DNA of 60,125 nt, the filler included. It is 3 parts of 3 records of this genome, joined end to end, with 100 filler letters (N's around TTAATTAATTAA, not from the genome) between each part and the next. Parts side by side here need not be neighbours in the genome. Positions count along the whole stretch, not along the records: positions 26,326 to 45,481 come from SRR20825019_947; positions 45,582 to 60,125 come from SRR20825019_952; 1 more part is not named here. The stretch is one strand, 5' to 3'. Both the position numbers and the translations under genes were made by a program. Position 1 is the first letter of the stretch, and every line of letters begins with the position of its first letter. Positions 39,360-48,808 of this stretch are shown here, in pieces. The notes beneath the pieces were generated by a model, which had not been told where the DNA came from, did not search any database, and was given only the letters and a program-made list of their open reading frames with translations.

Positions 39360-40061
39360 ATGATTGAGCAAAAGAACAAGCTGAAAGACAAAGCTGAGAT
39401 CAACCCCTATGTGAGCAAGCTTGCAAGCAAGTTGATGCGCACCGCAGCCAATGCGGAGATGAAGTTTGACAGCACAGGCTGGCAACTGATCACCGAGGTG
39501 TTGAGCTTTGCAGCCGCAGCCGAACAGCGCATGTCTGAGCAGCAGGACCGCATCGCGTATCTTGAGCAGCTTTCTGTCACCGACGAGCTCACTGGCGTGC
39601 CCAACCGGCGCGGCCTCCGGCTTGCGCTTGGGCAAACGCTGGCGTCCGCCGCCCGGCACAATGAAACCGGCGTGCTTGGTTTCCTTGACCTTGATGGCTT
39701 CAAGGACATCAACGACGTTCACGGCCATATGGCCGGTGATGCTGTGCTCAGGTTTGTTGCAAAAACGATCAAGCGCCATATCCGTCCGAGCGATGTGGTC
39801 GCGCGCATCGCAGGCGACGAGTTTGCTGTTATCCTGACCCGTTGTGACGCGGAAGGTGGCGAAGACCGTATCCGCGCTTTGCAGGCGCGCATCAATGAAG
39901 GCCGCGTGCATTATGGTGGAACACGCATTCCGGTGCGGTGCTCCATCGGCGTGCATCCCTTCAATGCCGCAACCGACCCGGGCGAACTGATTGAAGCCGC
40001 AGACCAAGCCATGTATCAGGACAAGGATCGCCGCAAAGGCGGGCATCTGCGCTCCGCATAA
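39360..40061 (+). CDS. Diguanylate cyclase (helical N-terminus + GGDEF)
   Basis: TDELTGVPNRR, DLDGFKDINDVHGH, RPSD I-site, RIAGDEF, ADQAMY; start 39345 (GTG) or 39360 (ATG). Confidence 0.9.
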   Translation: MIEQKNKLKDKAEINPYVSKLASKLMRTAANAEMKFDSTGWQLITEVLSFAAAAEQRMSEQQDRIAYLEQLSVTDELTGVPNRRGLRLALGQTLASAARHNETGVLGFLDLDGFKDINDVHGHMAGDAVLRFVAKTIKRHIRPSDVVARIAGDEFAVILTRCDAEGGEDRIRALQARINEGRVHYGGTRIPVRCSIGVHPFNAATDPGELIEAADQAMYQDKDRRKGGHLRSA

Positions 40062-40078
40062 GGTAAAACAGCGAATAC

Positions 40079-40104
40079 AAAGGGCCTTTCAAGGCCCTTT
40101 TTTT
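40079..40104 (+). terminator. Rho-independent terminator
   Basis: aaagggcct-ttca-aggcccttt followed by a T run. Confidence 0.85.
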
Positions 40105-40168
40105 ATGGCAAACGCTTTGCTATAAGGGCTTAGTTTTCTTATATTTTTTTTAAATGCTGGAGCGCCCA

Positions 40169-40630
40169 ATGAGTGTTGATAAACGCCTTGCTGATCTTGG
40201 GATCGAAATACCCACCCCTGCGGTGCCGGTCGCAAACTATGTACCTTTTGTGATCAGCGGAAACCTTGTGAGCGTTTCGGGGCAGGTGCCCGTCAAGGAC
40301 GGCAAGGTCGCGTTTGAAGGCAAGGTCGGCGCAGATGTATCTATTGACGACGCCTGCAAGGCGGCCCGCCTTTGTGCGCTCAATATCATTGCGCAGGTGA
40401 AAGCTGCCTGCGGTGGTGACCTGAATAAAGTCAAGCGCATCGTCAAGCTTGGTGGGTTTGTCAACTGTGTTGACGGCTTTGCAAGCCAGCCGCAGGTGAT
40501 CAACGCCGCAAGCGACCTGATGGTTGACGTTTTTGGTGACGCGGGCAAACACAGCCGTTCGGCTGTTGGCACCAACGCGCTGCCCCTTAATGTTCCTGTT
40601 GAAATCGATGCTCTTGTAGAGATTGGCTAA
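40169..40630 (+). CDS. RidA family protein
   Basis: PVANYVP, VSGQVP, VINAASDL, GKHSRSAVG, LPLNVPVEID. Confidence 0.92.
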   Translation: MSVDKRLADLGIEIPTPAVPVANYVPFVISGNLVSVSGQVPVKDGKVAFEGKVGADVSIDDACKAARLCALNIIAQVKAACGGDLNKVKRIVKLGGFVNCVDGFASQPQVINAASDLMVDVFGDAGKHSRSAVGTNALPLNVPVEIDALVEIG

Positions 40631-40635
40631 ACACC

Positions 40636-41388
40636 ATGGCAAACGGCAAAAGAGAATTCCCCTGGCTTACTGAGTTTGACATCGCCCACCGTGGCCTTTT
40701 TGAGGCTGGAACGGAGGCGGAGGAAAACACACTCAAGGCCGTGGAACTTGCTGTTGACGCCGGTTATGCTCTTGAGATTGACGTGCGCGCCACGGTCGAT
40801 GACATCATTGTGGTGTTTCATGACGACACACTGGAGCGCATGACCAACGGCAAAGGCCATGTTTCTACATGGGGTTTTCGCCAGTTGAGGGACGAGTTCA
40901 CCGTAGGTAGCACGGGCCTGCCAATGCCAAGCCTACCGGACGTGCTGGATGTAGTGCAGCAGAAAACACCCTTGTTTGTCGAGATCAAATACGACAAACG
41001 CAAAGACCTGCAAAAGGTTTGCGCCGGTGTGCGCCATGCGTTTGAAGGCTACGGCAAAAACGTGGCCGTTATGTCGTTCGACCCCCGCATCGTGACTTGG
41101 TTCAGGACCTATATGCCGAAATACCCACGCGGGCTTATCATCGGGCGGGAGTTCCTGCTTAGTATGAAAGCGCGTCTGGCGCTTCAGTACTGGGTGCATA
41201 AGTGCAAACCGGATTTCATTGCCTGTGACGTGAACCTGTTACCCAACAGCTTCTGCACCGCATGGCGTAAAAAGGGCAACCCACTGCTGACCTGGACCGT
41301 GCGCGACGACAAGATGGAAGAAATAGCCCGCCAGCATGCAGATGCTGTGATCTTCGAGAAACCCGCCATTGTCGGCAAAAAGAGCTGA
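40636..41388 (+). CDS. Glycerophosphodiester phosphodiesterase family protein
   Basis: IAHRGL, ENT, EIDV, VFHDDTLERMT, VEIK, MSFD, WTV. Confidence 0.92.
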   Translation: MANGKREFPWLTEFDIAHRGLFEAGTEAEENTLKAVELAVDAGYALEIDVRATVDDIIVVFHDDTLERMTNGKGHVSTWGFRQLRDEFTVGSTGLPMPSLPDVLDVVQQKTPLFVEIKYDKRKDLQKVCAGVRHAFEGYGKNVAVMSFDPRIVTWFRTYMPKYPRGLIIGREFLLSMKARLALQYWVHKCKPDFIACDVNLLPNSFCTAWRKKGNPLLTWTVRDDKMEEIARQHADAVIFEKPAIVGKKS

Positions 41389-41396
41389 AGGGGAGC

Positions 41397-42554
41397 ATGA
41401 TGCCGGACGGGGAGAACCTGAAGGCAGAAATAGCGGGCTCCATCAGCCAGATCCCGGCACATGACTGGGATGCCTGCGCGGGCACTGATAATCCTTTTCT
41501 GAGCCATGCTTTTCTCTCAGCCCTTGAGGAAACCGGCTGCACCAATGCGGACACTGGCTGGCAGCCCTATCACCTGATCATTCGCAACAGCTGCGGCACA
41601 TTATGCGCCGCGATGCCGCTTTTCCTCAAAGGGCATTCCTACGGCGAATATGTGTTCGACCACGCCTGGGCTGACGCTTATGAGCGAGCGGGCGGCAGCT
41701 ATTATCCCAAACTGCAATCCGCCGTGCCTTTCACGCCGGTTACCGGCCCTCGCCTGCTGATACGGGACGGGGAAGATCGGCCCGCACTTGAACGCGCACT
41801 GCTCCGCACCGCACAAAAGCTCTCCAGTGAACTCGGCGTATCCAGCCTTCATCTCACTTTCATGCCAGAGGCCCAAACGGTAGCGGCGCAGGACGCTGGG
41901 TATCTGATCCGCACTGACCAGCAGTTCCATTGGCATAACCGGGCTTATGGCTCGTTTGAAGATTTTCTCAGCGTGCTGTCGTCGCGCAAGCGCAAGCAGA
42001 TACGGAAAGAGCGCAAGCGGGTGGAGGAGCAAGGTATCACCTTCAGGTTTCTCAAGGGCGATGTGATTGGTGAGGACGACTGGGACCGTTTTTTCGATTT
42101 CTATATGGACACAGGTCGCCGAAAATGGGGCAGCCCCTACCTGAACCGTGCCTTTTTCAGCCGTATCGGCGAGTTGATGGGCGACCGTATCCTGCTTCTA
42201 ATGTGCGAACATGATGGCGAGGCCGTCGCGGGTGCCCTGAACTTCATTGGTGCAGACACGCTTTATGGCCGCTATTGGGGCTGTGTGGAAAGCTTCGACA
42301 ACCTGCATTTTGAAGCCTGTTACTACCAGGCCATCGACTATGCCATCGCGCACGGCATGGCACATGTAGAAGCGGGCGCGCAGGGCGAACACAAGCTGGC
42401 GCGGGGTTACGAGCCGCAAAAGACCTATAGCGCGCACTGGATAGGGAATGAGAGTTTTCGCAGCGCTGTCGCGCGCTATCTGGAGCATGAACGCGCCGAG
42501 GTTGACGCCCATGTGGACATCCTCACCGACCACACCCCATTCAAAAAAGGCTAA
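41397..42554 (+). CDS. GNAT-fold FemAB-like protein (DUF482)
   Basis: HSYGEYVFDHAWA, YYPKLQSAVPFTPVTGPR, LYGRYWG, EAGAQGEHKLARGY. Confidence 0.9.
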   Translation: MMPDGENLKAEIAGSISQIPAHDWDACAGTDNPFLSHAFLSALEETGCTNADTGWQPYHLIIRNSCGTLCAAMPLFLKGHSYGEYVFDHAWADAYERAGGSYYPKLQSAVPFTPVTGPRLLIRDGEDRPALERALLRTAQKLSSELGVSSLHLTFMPEAQTVAAQDAGYLIRTDQQFHWHNRAYGSFEDFLSVLSSRKRKQIRKERKRVEEQGITFRFLKGDVIGEDDWDRFFDFYMDTGRRKWGSPYLNRAFFSRIGELMGDRILLLMCEHDGEAVAGALNFIGADTLYGRYWGCVESFDNLHFEACYYQAIDYAIAHGMAHVEAGAQGEHKLARGYEPQKTYSAHWIGNESFRSAVARYLEHERAEVDAHVDILTDHTPFKKG

Positions 42555-42556
42555 AC

Positions 42557-43231
42557 ATGGAAAAGCTTAAAGTGACGCTGGATTGGGAAGGGTCGCTCAA
42601 GCCGGGGGAATTCCCGGCTGGCCCAGAAGTTGCGGAGGAAATGGGGCTGGAAAGCCCCGGTGTATATCTGTGTATCCAGCGCTACCCCAATGTCACTGTC
42701 CTTTATGCCGGGAAGTCCATGTGCCTCAGAAAGCGTATCCATGAACATTTGGCGAGCACACTCGGTTTCCAATACTGGCGACGCAAGGACAACCCAGTGC
42801 CTCGTTCGTCATTTCAAACTGATCTAGACAACGCCAACCGCAAGGCGGCAGACGCACTATATCTGGAAAATGAGTATGCCTTTATTCGGCCAGACAAGTT
42901 TGGGCTCGGGCAGTTCAATGATCTCAAGAATAATATTGGTGAAGCGATAAGGGAGGTGGAACGAACCGAATTTTACTATTGCTCTATCGAGAAAGGCATC
43001 AGCATCAACACTGAAAGCGGTGCCCGCCCTGATGTCATCACTACCAACGCACTCATTGCCGAATTAGAGGCAGCGCTCATAGGGCATACTTTGCTGTTTG
43101 CTGCTCAGCACAATCACGTCGTATGCGACAACAGCCGTCGGGAAACTGCCACTGGCTCGGTTATTACGGACTCCCAGGCGTTTGCTAGTTGGTTGAACGA
43201 GAAATTTTCTCAGAAAGGCCCAATCCGGTAA
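42557..43231 (+). CDS. Putative GIY-YIG nuclease-family protein
   Basis: PGVY-x11-YAGKS-x2-LRKRIHEH, followed later by ELEAALI and CDN, in the order of the GIY-YIG G-x-Y, Y-x-G, R, E and N residues. Confidence 0.6.
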   Translation: MEKLKVTLDWEGSLKPGEFPAGPEVAEEMGLESPGVYLCIQRYPNVTVLYAGKSMCLRKRIHEHLASTLGFQYWRRKDNPVPRSSFQTDLDNANRKAADALYLENEYAFIRPDKFGLGQFNDLKNNIGEAIREVERTEFYYCSIEKGISINTESGARPDVITTNALIAELEAALIGHTLLFAAQHNHVVCDNSRRETATGSVITDSQAFASWLNEKFSQKGPIR

Positions 43232-43752
43232 AGCACGTGCGCGCGTATGGGGCTGCCCTCAGTGATCATGGGGTGGTCAAAGTCACCGGCCTCATCGCGG
43301 ATCATGCCGATCTTTTCCATCACCCGGCGGGAAGGGGTGTTGGTGTGTGTGGTGATGGAAATCACCTCATCGGCGTGCAGTACGTCAAACGCATATTTGA
43401 GGCAAGCTTTTGCCCCCTCTGGCGCCAGCCCCTGCCCCCATACCTTCGGGCTCAAGCGCCAGCCGATCTCAATGGCGGGTGCGCAAGGCAGATAGTCTGG
43501 TGCTTTCTGAATACCGATGAAACCGACAAACTCTCCGGTCGATTTCAGCTCTGCCGCGAAAAAACCAAAGCCGTCGTGTTTGATGCGCGCCATGCAGCGG
43601 TCGACCGATGCGTTGCTTTCTTCCATGCTCTGTGTGGCAGGGAAATAGCGCATGACGTCCCTGTCAGCGTTCATGGTTGCGAAAACTGCGCGGTCGGCAT
43701 CACACCAATCGCGCAGTTTCAGTCTTTCTGTCTCGATAAAAACCTGCGTCAC
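43210..43752 (-). CDS. GNAT N-acetyltransferase (RimJ/RimL family)
   Basis: IETERLKLR, EIGWRL...WGQGLAPE, NTPSRRVMEKIGM. Confidence 0.92.
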   Translation of the reverse strand: MTQVFIETERLKLRDWCDADRAVFATMNADRDVMRYFPATQSMEESNASVDRCMARIKHDGFGFFAAELKSTGEFVGFIGIQKAPDYLPCAPAIEIGWRLSPKVWGQGLAPEGAKACLKYAFDVLHADEVISITTHTNTPSRRVMEKIGMIRDEAGDFDHPMITEGSPIRAHVLYRIGPF

Positions 43753-43777
43753 CAGTCGGGGCCCAATAGCTTGCCCG

Positions 43778-45481
43778 CTATTTCACCGGCACCGGTGGTT
43801 TGTTTTCGCGGCGGGTTGCGGGCACGCTGGCCTTCGGCGCGGCCTTTTTCTTCGCCTTCGCCTTTTTCTCAGGCTTGGCTTTTGGTGCGTGCGGGGTTAC
43901 CTCAAAATCAAGCTTGCCGTCTTTCAGTTTCACCACAACCTCACCGCCTTTATTGAGCTTGCCGAACAAGAGTTCGTCCGCCAGCGGGGTTTTGATGTTT
44001 TCCTGAATGACACGCGCAAGCGGCCGTGCACCATAGTGCTGGTCATACCCCTTGTCCGAGAGCCAGGCTTTTGCCTCTTCCGTGAGCGAGATTTCAACGT
44101 TGCGGTCAGCAAGCTGAAGCTCAAGCTGCAACACGAATTTCTCCACCACACGAGAGACAACTTCGGGCGGCAGGAAGTCAAACGCGATGATCGAATCAAG
44201 CCGGTTGCGGAACTCGGGGCTAAACATGCGTTTAACCGCTTCTTCCGACGCGCCTGTATTTGTTTCGCGACCGAAACCGATAGCGGTTTTGCTAAGCTCT
44301 GCCGCGCCTGCGTTTGTGGTCATGATCAGGATCACATTGCGGAAGTCTACCTTCTTGCCGTTGTGGTCCGTCAGCGTGCCGTTATCCATAACCTGCAACA
44401 GCACGTTAAAGAGATCAGGGTGCGCCTTCTCAACCTCGTCAAGCAGCAGCACACAGTGCGGGTGCTGGTCCACGGCGTCGGTCAACAAGCCGCCCTGGTC
44501 AAAGCCGACATAACCGGGCGGTGCACCAATAAGGCGCGAAACAGAATGCCGCTCCATATATTCCGACATATCAAACCGGTGCAGCTCAACTCCCAGGAGG
44601 TGCGAAAGCTGGCGCGCTACCTCGGTTTTACCTACGCCCGTTGGGCCACTGAAGAGGTATGAGCCAATAGGTTTATTGGGCTCACGAAGCCCCGCGCGGG
44701 AAAGCTTGATTGATGCGGTCAGCGCATCAATCGCTGCGTTCTGACCAAAGACAACGCGCTTAAGGTCTTCCTCAAGCGTGAACATCACGCGGCTTTCGTC
44801 GCGGGTAACGGTTTTAGGTGGGATGCGTGCGATTTTGGCAACCACAGCCTCCACATCCTTCACACCGATGGTTTTTTTACGCTTTGACGGTGGCAGCAGC
44901 ATTTGCGCGGCACCGGTTTCGTCAATCACGTCGATAGCTTTATCCGGAAGCTTGCGATCAGAGATATAACGGTCAGACAGTTCCACCGCCGTTTTGATCG
45001 CCTCAGCCGTATAGCGCACGGCATGGTGCTCTTCAAAATAAGGCTTCAGGCCACGTAGGATTTTAATCGCATCATCTACAGATGGCTCGTTCACGTCGAT
45101 TTTCTGGAACCGGCGCAAAAGCGCACGGTCTTTTTCAAAGTGGCTGCGGAACTCCTTGTAGGTGGTGGAGCCCATGCATCGGATCGTGCCGCTGGCCAGC
45201 GCTGGCTTCAGGAGGTTGGACGCATCCATCGCGCCGCCTGATGTGGCACCAGCCCCGATCACCGTATGGATTTCATCAATAAACAGGATGGCGCCTTCGC
45301 GGCCTTCCAGCTCTTTCACCACCGCTTTGAGGCGTTCCTCAAAGTCACCGCGGTACCGTGTGCCCGCGAGCAAAGCGCCCATATCAAGTGAATAGATCAC
45401 TGCATTATTCAGTACTTCCGGCACATCCCGCTCAACAATGCGGCGGGCGAGGCCTTCGGCAATGGCGGTTTTACCAACGCC
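43778..45481 (-). CDS. clpA: ATP-dependent Clp protease ATP-binding subunit ClpA (5' end lost in the gap)
   Basis: GVGKTAIAEGLA at the gap edge, LLAGTRYRGDFEER, KLPDKAIDVIDE, GPTGVGKTE, MSEYMERHSVSRLIGAPPGYVG. Confidence 0.95.
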   Translation of the reverse strand, partial: GVGKTAIAEGLARRIVERDVPEVLNNAVIYSLDMGALLAGTRYRGDFEERLKAVVKELEGREGAILFIDEIHTVIGAGATSGGAMDASNLLKPALASGTIRCMGSTTYKEFRSHFEKDRALLRRFQKIDVNEPSVDDAIKILRGLKPYFEEHHAVRYTAEAIKTAVELSDRYISDRKLPDKAIDVIDETGAAQMLLPPSKRKKTIGVKDVEAVVAKIARIPPKTVTRDESRVMFTLEEDLKRVVFGQNAAIDALTASIKLSRAGLREPNKPIGSYLFSGPTGVGKTEVARQLSHLLGVELHRFDMSEYMERHSVSRLIGAPPGYVGFDQGGLLTDAVDQHPHCVLLLDEVEKAHPDLFNVLLQVMDNGTLTDHNGKKVDFRNVILIMTTNAGAAELSKTAIGFGRETNTGASEEAVKRMFSPEFRNRLDSIIAFDFLPPEVVSRVVEKFVLQLELQLADRNVEISLTEEAKAWLSDKGYDQHYGARPLARVIQENIKTPLADELLFGKLNKGGEVVVKLKDGKLDFEVTPHAPKAKPEKKAKAKKKAAPKASVPATRRENKPPVPVK

Positions 45482-45581
45482 NNNNNNNNNNNNNNNNNNN
45501 NNNNNNNNNNNNNNNNNNNNNNNNNTTAATTAATTAANNNNNNNNNNNNNNNNNNNNNNNNNNNNNNNNNNNNNNNNNNNN
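45482..45581. other. Artificial contig spacer: N44-TTAATTAATTAA-N44
   Basis: Same linker as the first gap, at 45526-45537. Confidence 0.98.
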
Positions 45582-46106
45582 TTCGGATGCGATGCTTTCG
45601 GGATGGAACTGCACCCCAAAGAGCGGATATTCTCTATGTTGCAGGCCCATGATGAGACCATCTTCCGTCTCGGCTGTGATCTCAAGACAACTTGGTAAGG
45701 TGGAGCGCTCGACAATGAGCGAATGGTATCGTGTAGCGTCGAAGGGTGATGGCAACCCGGTAAATATACCTTTTTCATTATGGATAATATGGCTGGTTTT
45801 ACCATGCATAACGTAGGGTGCGCGGCATACGGTGCCGCCAAACGCCTGCCCAATGCTCTGAAACCCAAGGCAGACGCCCAAGATCGGGATGCTGGTTTTG
45901 GCTTTTTCTATTAGCTCAAGGCAGATTCCGGCTTCATTTGGGGTGCAGGGGCCAGGGCTGATGATGATACCATCTGGTGCCCTTTGAATAACTTCATCAG
46001 CAGTAATCTGATCGTTGCGGATAACGTCAACTTTTGCCCCTAATTCAACCAGATAATGGTACAAATTATAGGTAAAGCTGTCGTAATTATCGATCAGAAT
46101 ATACAT
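45582..46106 (-). CDS. trpG: Anthranilate synthase component II (3' end cut by the gap)
   Basis: [28 protein letters not shown]; near trpE. Confidence 0.92.
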
Positions 46107-46212
46107 TGTGGTCGCCCGTGATTCTTGAAACAATTGGACAATGCGGCTTTCGAGAGGAATGTCAATGGCGGACTGGGTGTTTTAAGCCTGTGAAAGCCTC
46201 GAATTTGTAGAA

Positions 46213-47265
46213 GTGATGAAGCGTAGAGTGACCAGGCAAAAAAAACTAAATACGGGTTCAAAAAATGATCGCCGTAACATTTTCAGCAAGCTTACGTGGG
46301 CGAACTTTAAGAGAGCCGCCATATATGTCTATATAGCAGTTGTCGGTGTTACTTCATATGGTCTGTATTCAGTTTTGCAGAGCGATACTTTGCCGCCGGC
46401 CGCCTCAATTGAAGGTGAGCCATCAGACAATGTTGTTGCGGTACTTCAGTCGATGAACGGTGAAGAGCAAGCTCAGGTTCCCATCGAAGACCTCGATAAT
46501 ATTGTTCCAATTCAGGCCGTACCTGCATGGCGGCTCAATGCAGCTGTATGGAATAAGGCAGGTAAAAACCCTGTGGTTGCTGTGGTGATTGACGATCTTG
46601 GGCTGTCTGAAAATGCGACCCTTATCTTGACGGCCATGCCGGGTCCGTACACGCTGGCTTACCTCCCGTATGCAGACAACCTGCCTGAGCAAACGGGGTA
46701 TGTGAAGGCTGCCGGACACGAGCTTATGGTACATTTGCCGATGCAGCCGAAAAACAGAGAAACGGATCCGGGCTCAAACGCGCTGCTTTCTTCGCTTAGT
46801 CAGGAAGAGTTTGAACGGCGTGTAAACTGGAACCTGAGCCAGTTTGATGGCTATGTTGGTGTAAACAATCACATGGGTAGTGAGTTAACAGAAGATGCGG
46901 GTGCTATGGTGCGTGTCATGATGAAACTGCGCCAAAACGGCCATCTTTTCCTTGATAGCCTGACCTCTCCTAAAAGTGTTGGTGTTCGAGCCGCCAAGGC
47001 AACCGGCGTGCCTTATATTTCACGTGACATCTTTTTGGACAACGTGCGTGAAGAAGGCGCGATCGAAGAGCAACTCGAGAAACTTGAGCGTATTGCGCGG
47101 ATACGGGGCTACGCTGTAGCGATAGGTCACCCATATGACATTACGTTAGAGACGCTAACTAAGTGGCAGAAAACGCTGAAAGAAAAGAAGATATCACTGG
47201 TACCGCTAAGCCAGGTCGTGGCCGCGCAGGAGGCAGGACGTCATGGCGCTGAAACGGCACGATAG
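46213..47265 (+). CDS. Divergent polysaccharide deacetylase family protein
   Basis: VVIDDLG, HLPMQP, NNHMGS, FLDSLT, RDIFLDN, AIGHP; N-terminal TM anchor. Confidence 0.92.
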   Translation: MMKRRVTRQKKLNTGSKNDRRNIFSKLTWANFKRAAIYVYIAVVGVTSYGLYSVLQSDTLPPAASIEGEPSDNVVAVLQSMNGEEQAQVPIEDLDNIVPIQAVPAWRLNAAVWNKAGKNPVVAVVIDDLGLSENATLILTAMPGPYTLAYLPYADNLPEQTGYVKAAGHELMVHLPMQPKNRETDPGSNALLSSLSQEEFERRVNWNLSQFDGYVGVNNHMGSELTEDAGAMVRVMMKLRQNGHLFLDSLTSPKSVGVRAAKATGVPYISRDIFLDNVREEGAIEEQLEKLERIARIRGYAVAIGHPYDITLETLTKWQKTLKEKKISLVPLSQVVAAQEAGRHGAETAR

Positions 47266-47290
47266 CTTGATGAAAGTACTGGTGAAAGCA

Positions 47291-48808
47291 TTAGCCGCGG
47301 TTAGATTTAGCGAAACGTAGGGCCTCTTTGGCCGCAGCAACCAGTGCGCGTGCCTTGTTTTCACATTCCTGATACTCAGATTCGGGCGTGCTATCTGCAA
47401 CGATGCCGGCACCTGCTTGTACGTGCATAACATTATCCTTCACGATAGCGGTTCTGAGTACGATACAAGTGTCCATCGCGCCGTTGGCGCTAAAATAGCC
47501 TACACTGCCAGCGTAAGGGCCACGTGCGTCAACTTCCAGCTCATCAATGATCTCCATAGCCCGGACTTTGGGGGCGCCTGAAACAGTGCCAGCTGGGAAG
47601 CCCGCGGATAAGGCATCTATGGCGTCATATCTTCCATCTATGGTTCCGACGACGTTGGAGACGATATGCATGACATGAGAATAATATTCGATCGTGTCGC
47701 GCGCTGTAACACGTACTGAGCCTGGCTTTGCCACACGTCCAACGTCATTGCGCCCCAAGTCAAGGAGCATCAAGTGTTCCGCACGTTCCTTCTGGTCGGC
47801 TAAAAGGTCGTCTGCAAGTGCAGCGTCTTCAACTGGGTTGCTACCGCGCTTCCGGGTCCCAGCGATTGGGCGGATCGTTACCTCGTGGTCTCTGAGCCGT
47901 ACGAGTATCTCTGGACTGGAGCCCACAATAGCAAAATCCTCGAACGCAAGATGATACATGAACGGAGAAGGGTTGGTGCGCCGTAAGGCCCGATAGAGTG
48001 AAAATGGCGGCAATTCAAACGGCATCGAAAATCGCTGACTAAGCACAACCTGAAAAATGTCGCCAGAGAGAATATATTCCTGTGCTTTGGCAACCATATC
48101 AAAAAAGCGCTCTCGAGAAGTGTTTGAGCTTGCGTCTTCGATTGATGGCGCTGCAATAGAAGCGTTCAGGGGCAGGGGGCTGTCTAGTCGCTCTAGCATC
48201 TCTTCAAGGCGCCTGTCTGCGTTCTGCAGGGCTTGGTGTGCATCGACATCCGCGTCAGGGCGTACAGGCGTGACCAACGTAATCAGATTGGTGACGCTAT
48301 CAAAAATTGCCATCACAGTTGGGCGAATGAATATAGAAGTGGACATGCCTAAAGGGTCTGGCTTCCCATCGCCGATGTCTTCCATCTGGCGAACCATGTC
48401 ATAGCCCATATAGCCGACAATGCCGGCGGCCATCGGCGGCAACGGGTGTGGCAGGTCGATCAGGCTTTCCTGTTGTAAAGCCCTGAGGCTTTCCAGCGGC
48501 TTTTGTGAAAGCTGCTCATAGGTCTGGTTTGTAAGAGCGTTTCTGCGAATGCTTACCTTATCGCCCTCAGCGCGCCATACGATGTCAGGGCGGAGCCCAA
48601 TGATTGAGTAACGCCCACGGTTTTCTCCACCTTCTACAGATTCCAACAGGCAGGAATATTCTTCGCCAACGCTTAACTTCAGGTAGGCGGAAACCGGTGT
48701 ATCAAGGTCTGCCACAATGGTAGTTGAGGCAACTTGGCCTTCGCCGACCTGATACTTGTTTATTTGTGCCTCGAAGGAGAGGGAATTTGCGTCAAGGCTT
48801 GGACTCAC
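47291..48808 (-). CDS. trpE: Anthranilate synthase component I
   Basis: LLESVEGG, GDIFQVVLSQR, PIAGTR, AEHLMLLDLGRND, GTVSGAPKVRAM, QAGAGIVADS. Confidence 0.96.
   Translation of the reverse strand: MSPSLDANSLSFEAQINKYQVGEGQVASTTIVADLDTPVSAYLKLSVGEEYSCLLESVEGGENRGRYSIIGLRPDIVWRAEGDKVSIRRNALTNQTYEQLSQKPLESLRALQQESLIDLPHPLPPMAAGIVGYMGYDMVRQMEDIGDGKPDPLGMSTSIFIRPTVMAIFDSVTNLITLVTPVRPDADVDAHQALQNADRRLEEMLERLDSPLPLNASIAAPSIEDASSNTSRERFFDMVAKAQEYILSGDIFQVVLSQRFSMPFELPPFSLYRALRRTNPSPFMYHLAFEDFAIVGSSPEILVRLRDHEVTIRPIAGTRKRGSNPVEDAALADDLLADQKERAEHLMLLDLGRNDVGRVAKPGSVRVTARDTIEYYSHVMHIVSNVVGTIDGRYDAIDALSAGFPAGTVSGAPKVRAMEIIDELEVDARGPYAGSVGYFSANGAMDTCIVLRTAIVKDNVMHVQAGAGIVADSTPESEYQECENKARALVAAAKEALRFAKSNRG

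Noticed and set aside
42557..43752. GIY-YIG + GNAT as a toxin-antitoxin pair
   Set aside because: The genes are convergent rather than co-transcribed; the GNAT is a host-like RimJ/RimL type downstream of clpA with no antitoxin features
35676..44662. Long overlapping ORFs (35676..36452, 35714..36493, 38532..39284, 39303..40046, 43189..43956, 43652..44662)
   Set aside because: Antisense frames of pleD, dinB, the GGDEF gene, the GNAT gene and clpA, as expected in GC-rich DNA
45582..48808. Polysaccharide deacetylase splitting trpE from trpG as a recent insertion
   Set aside because: Composition is host-like, and I recall this arrangement in other Alphaproteobacteria
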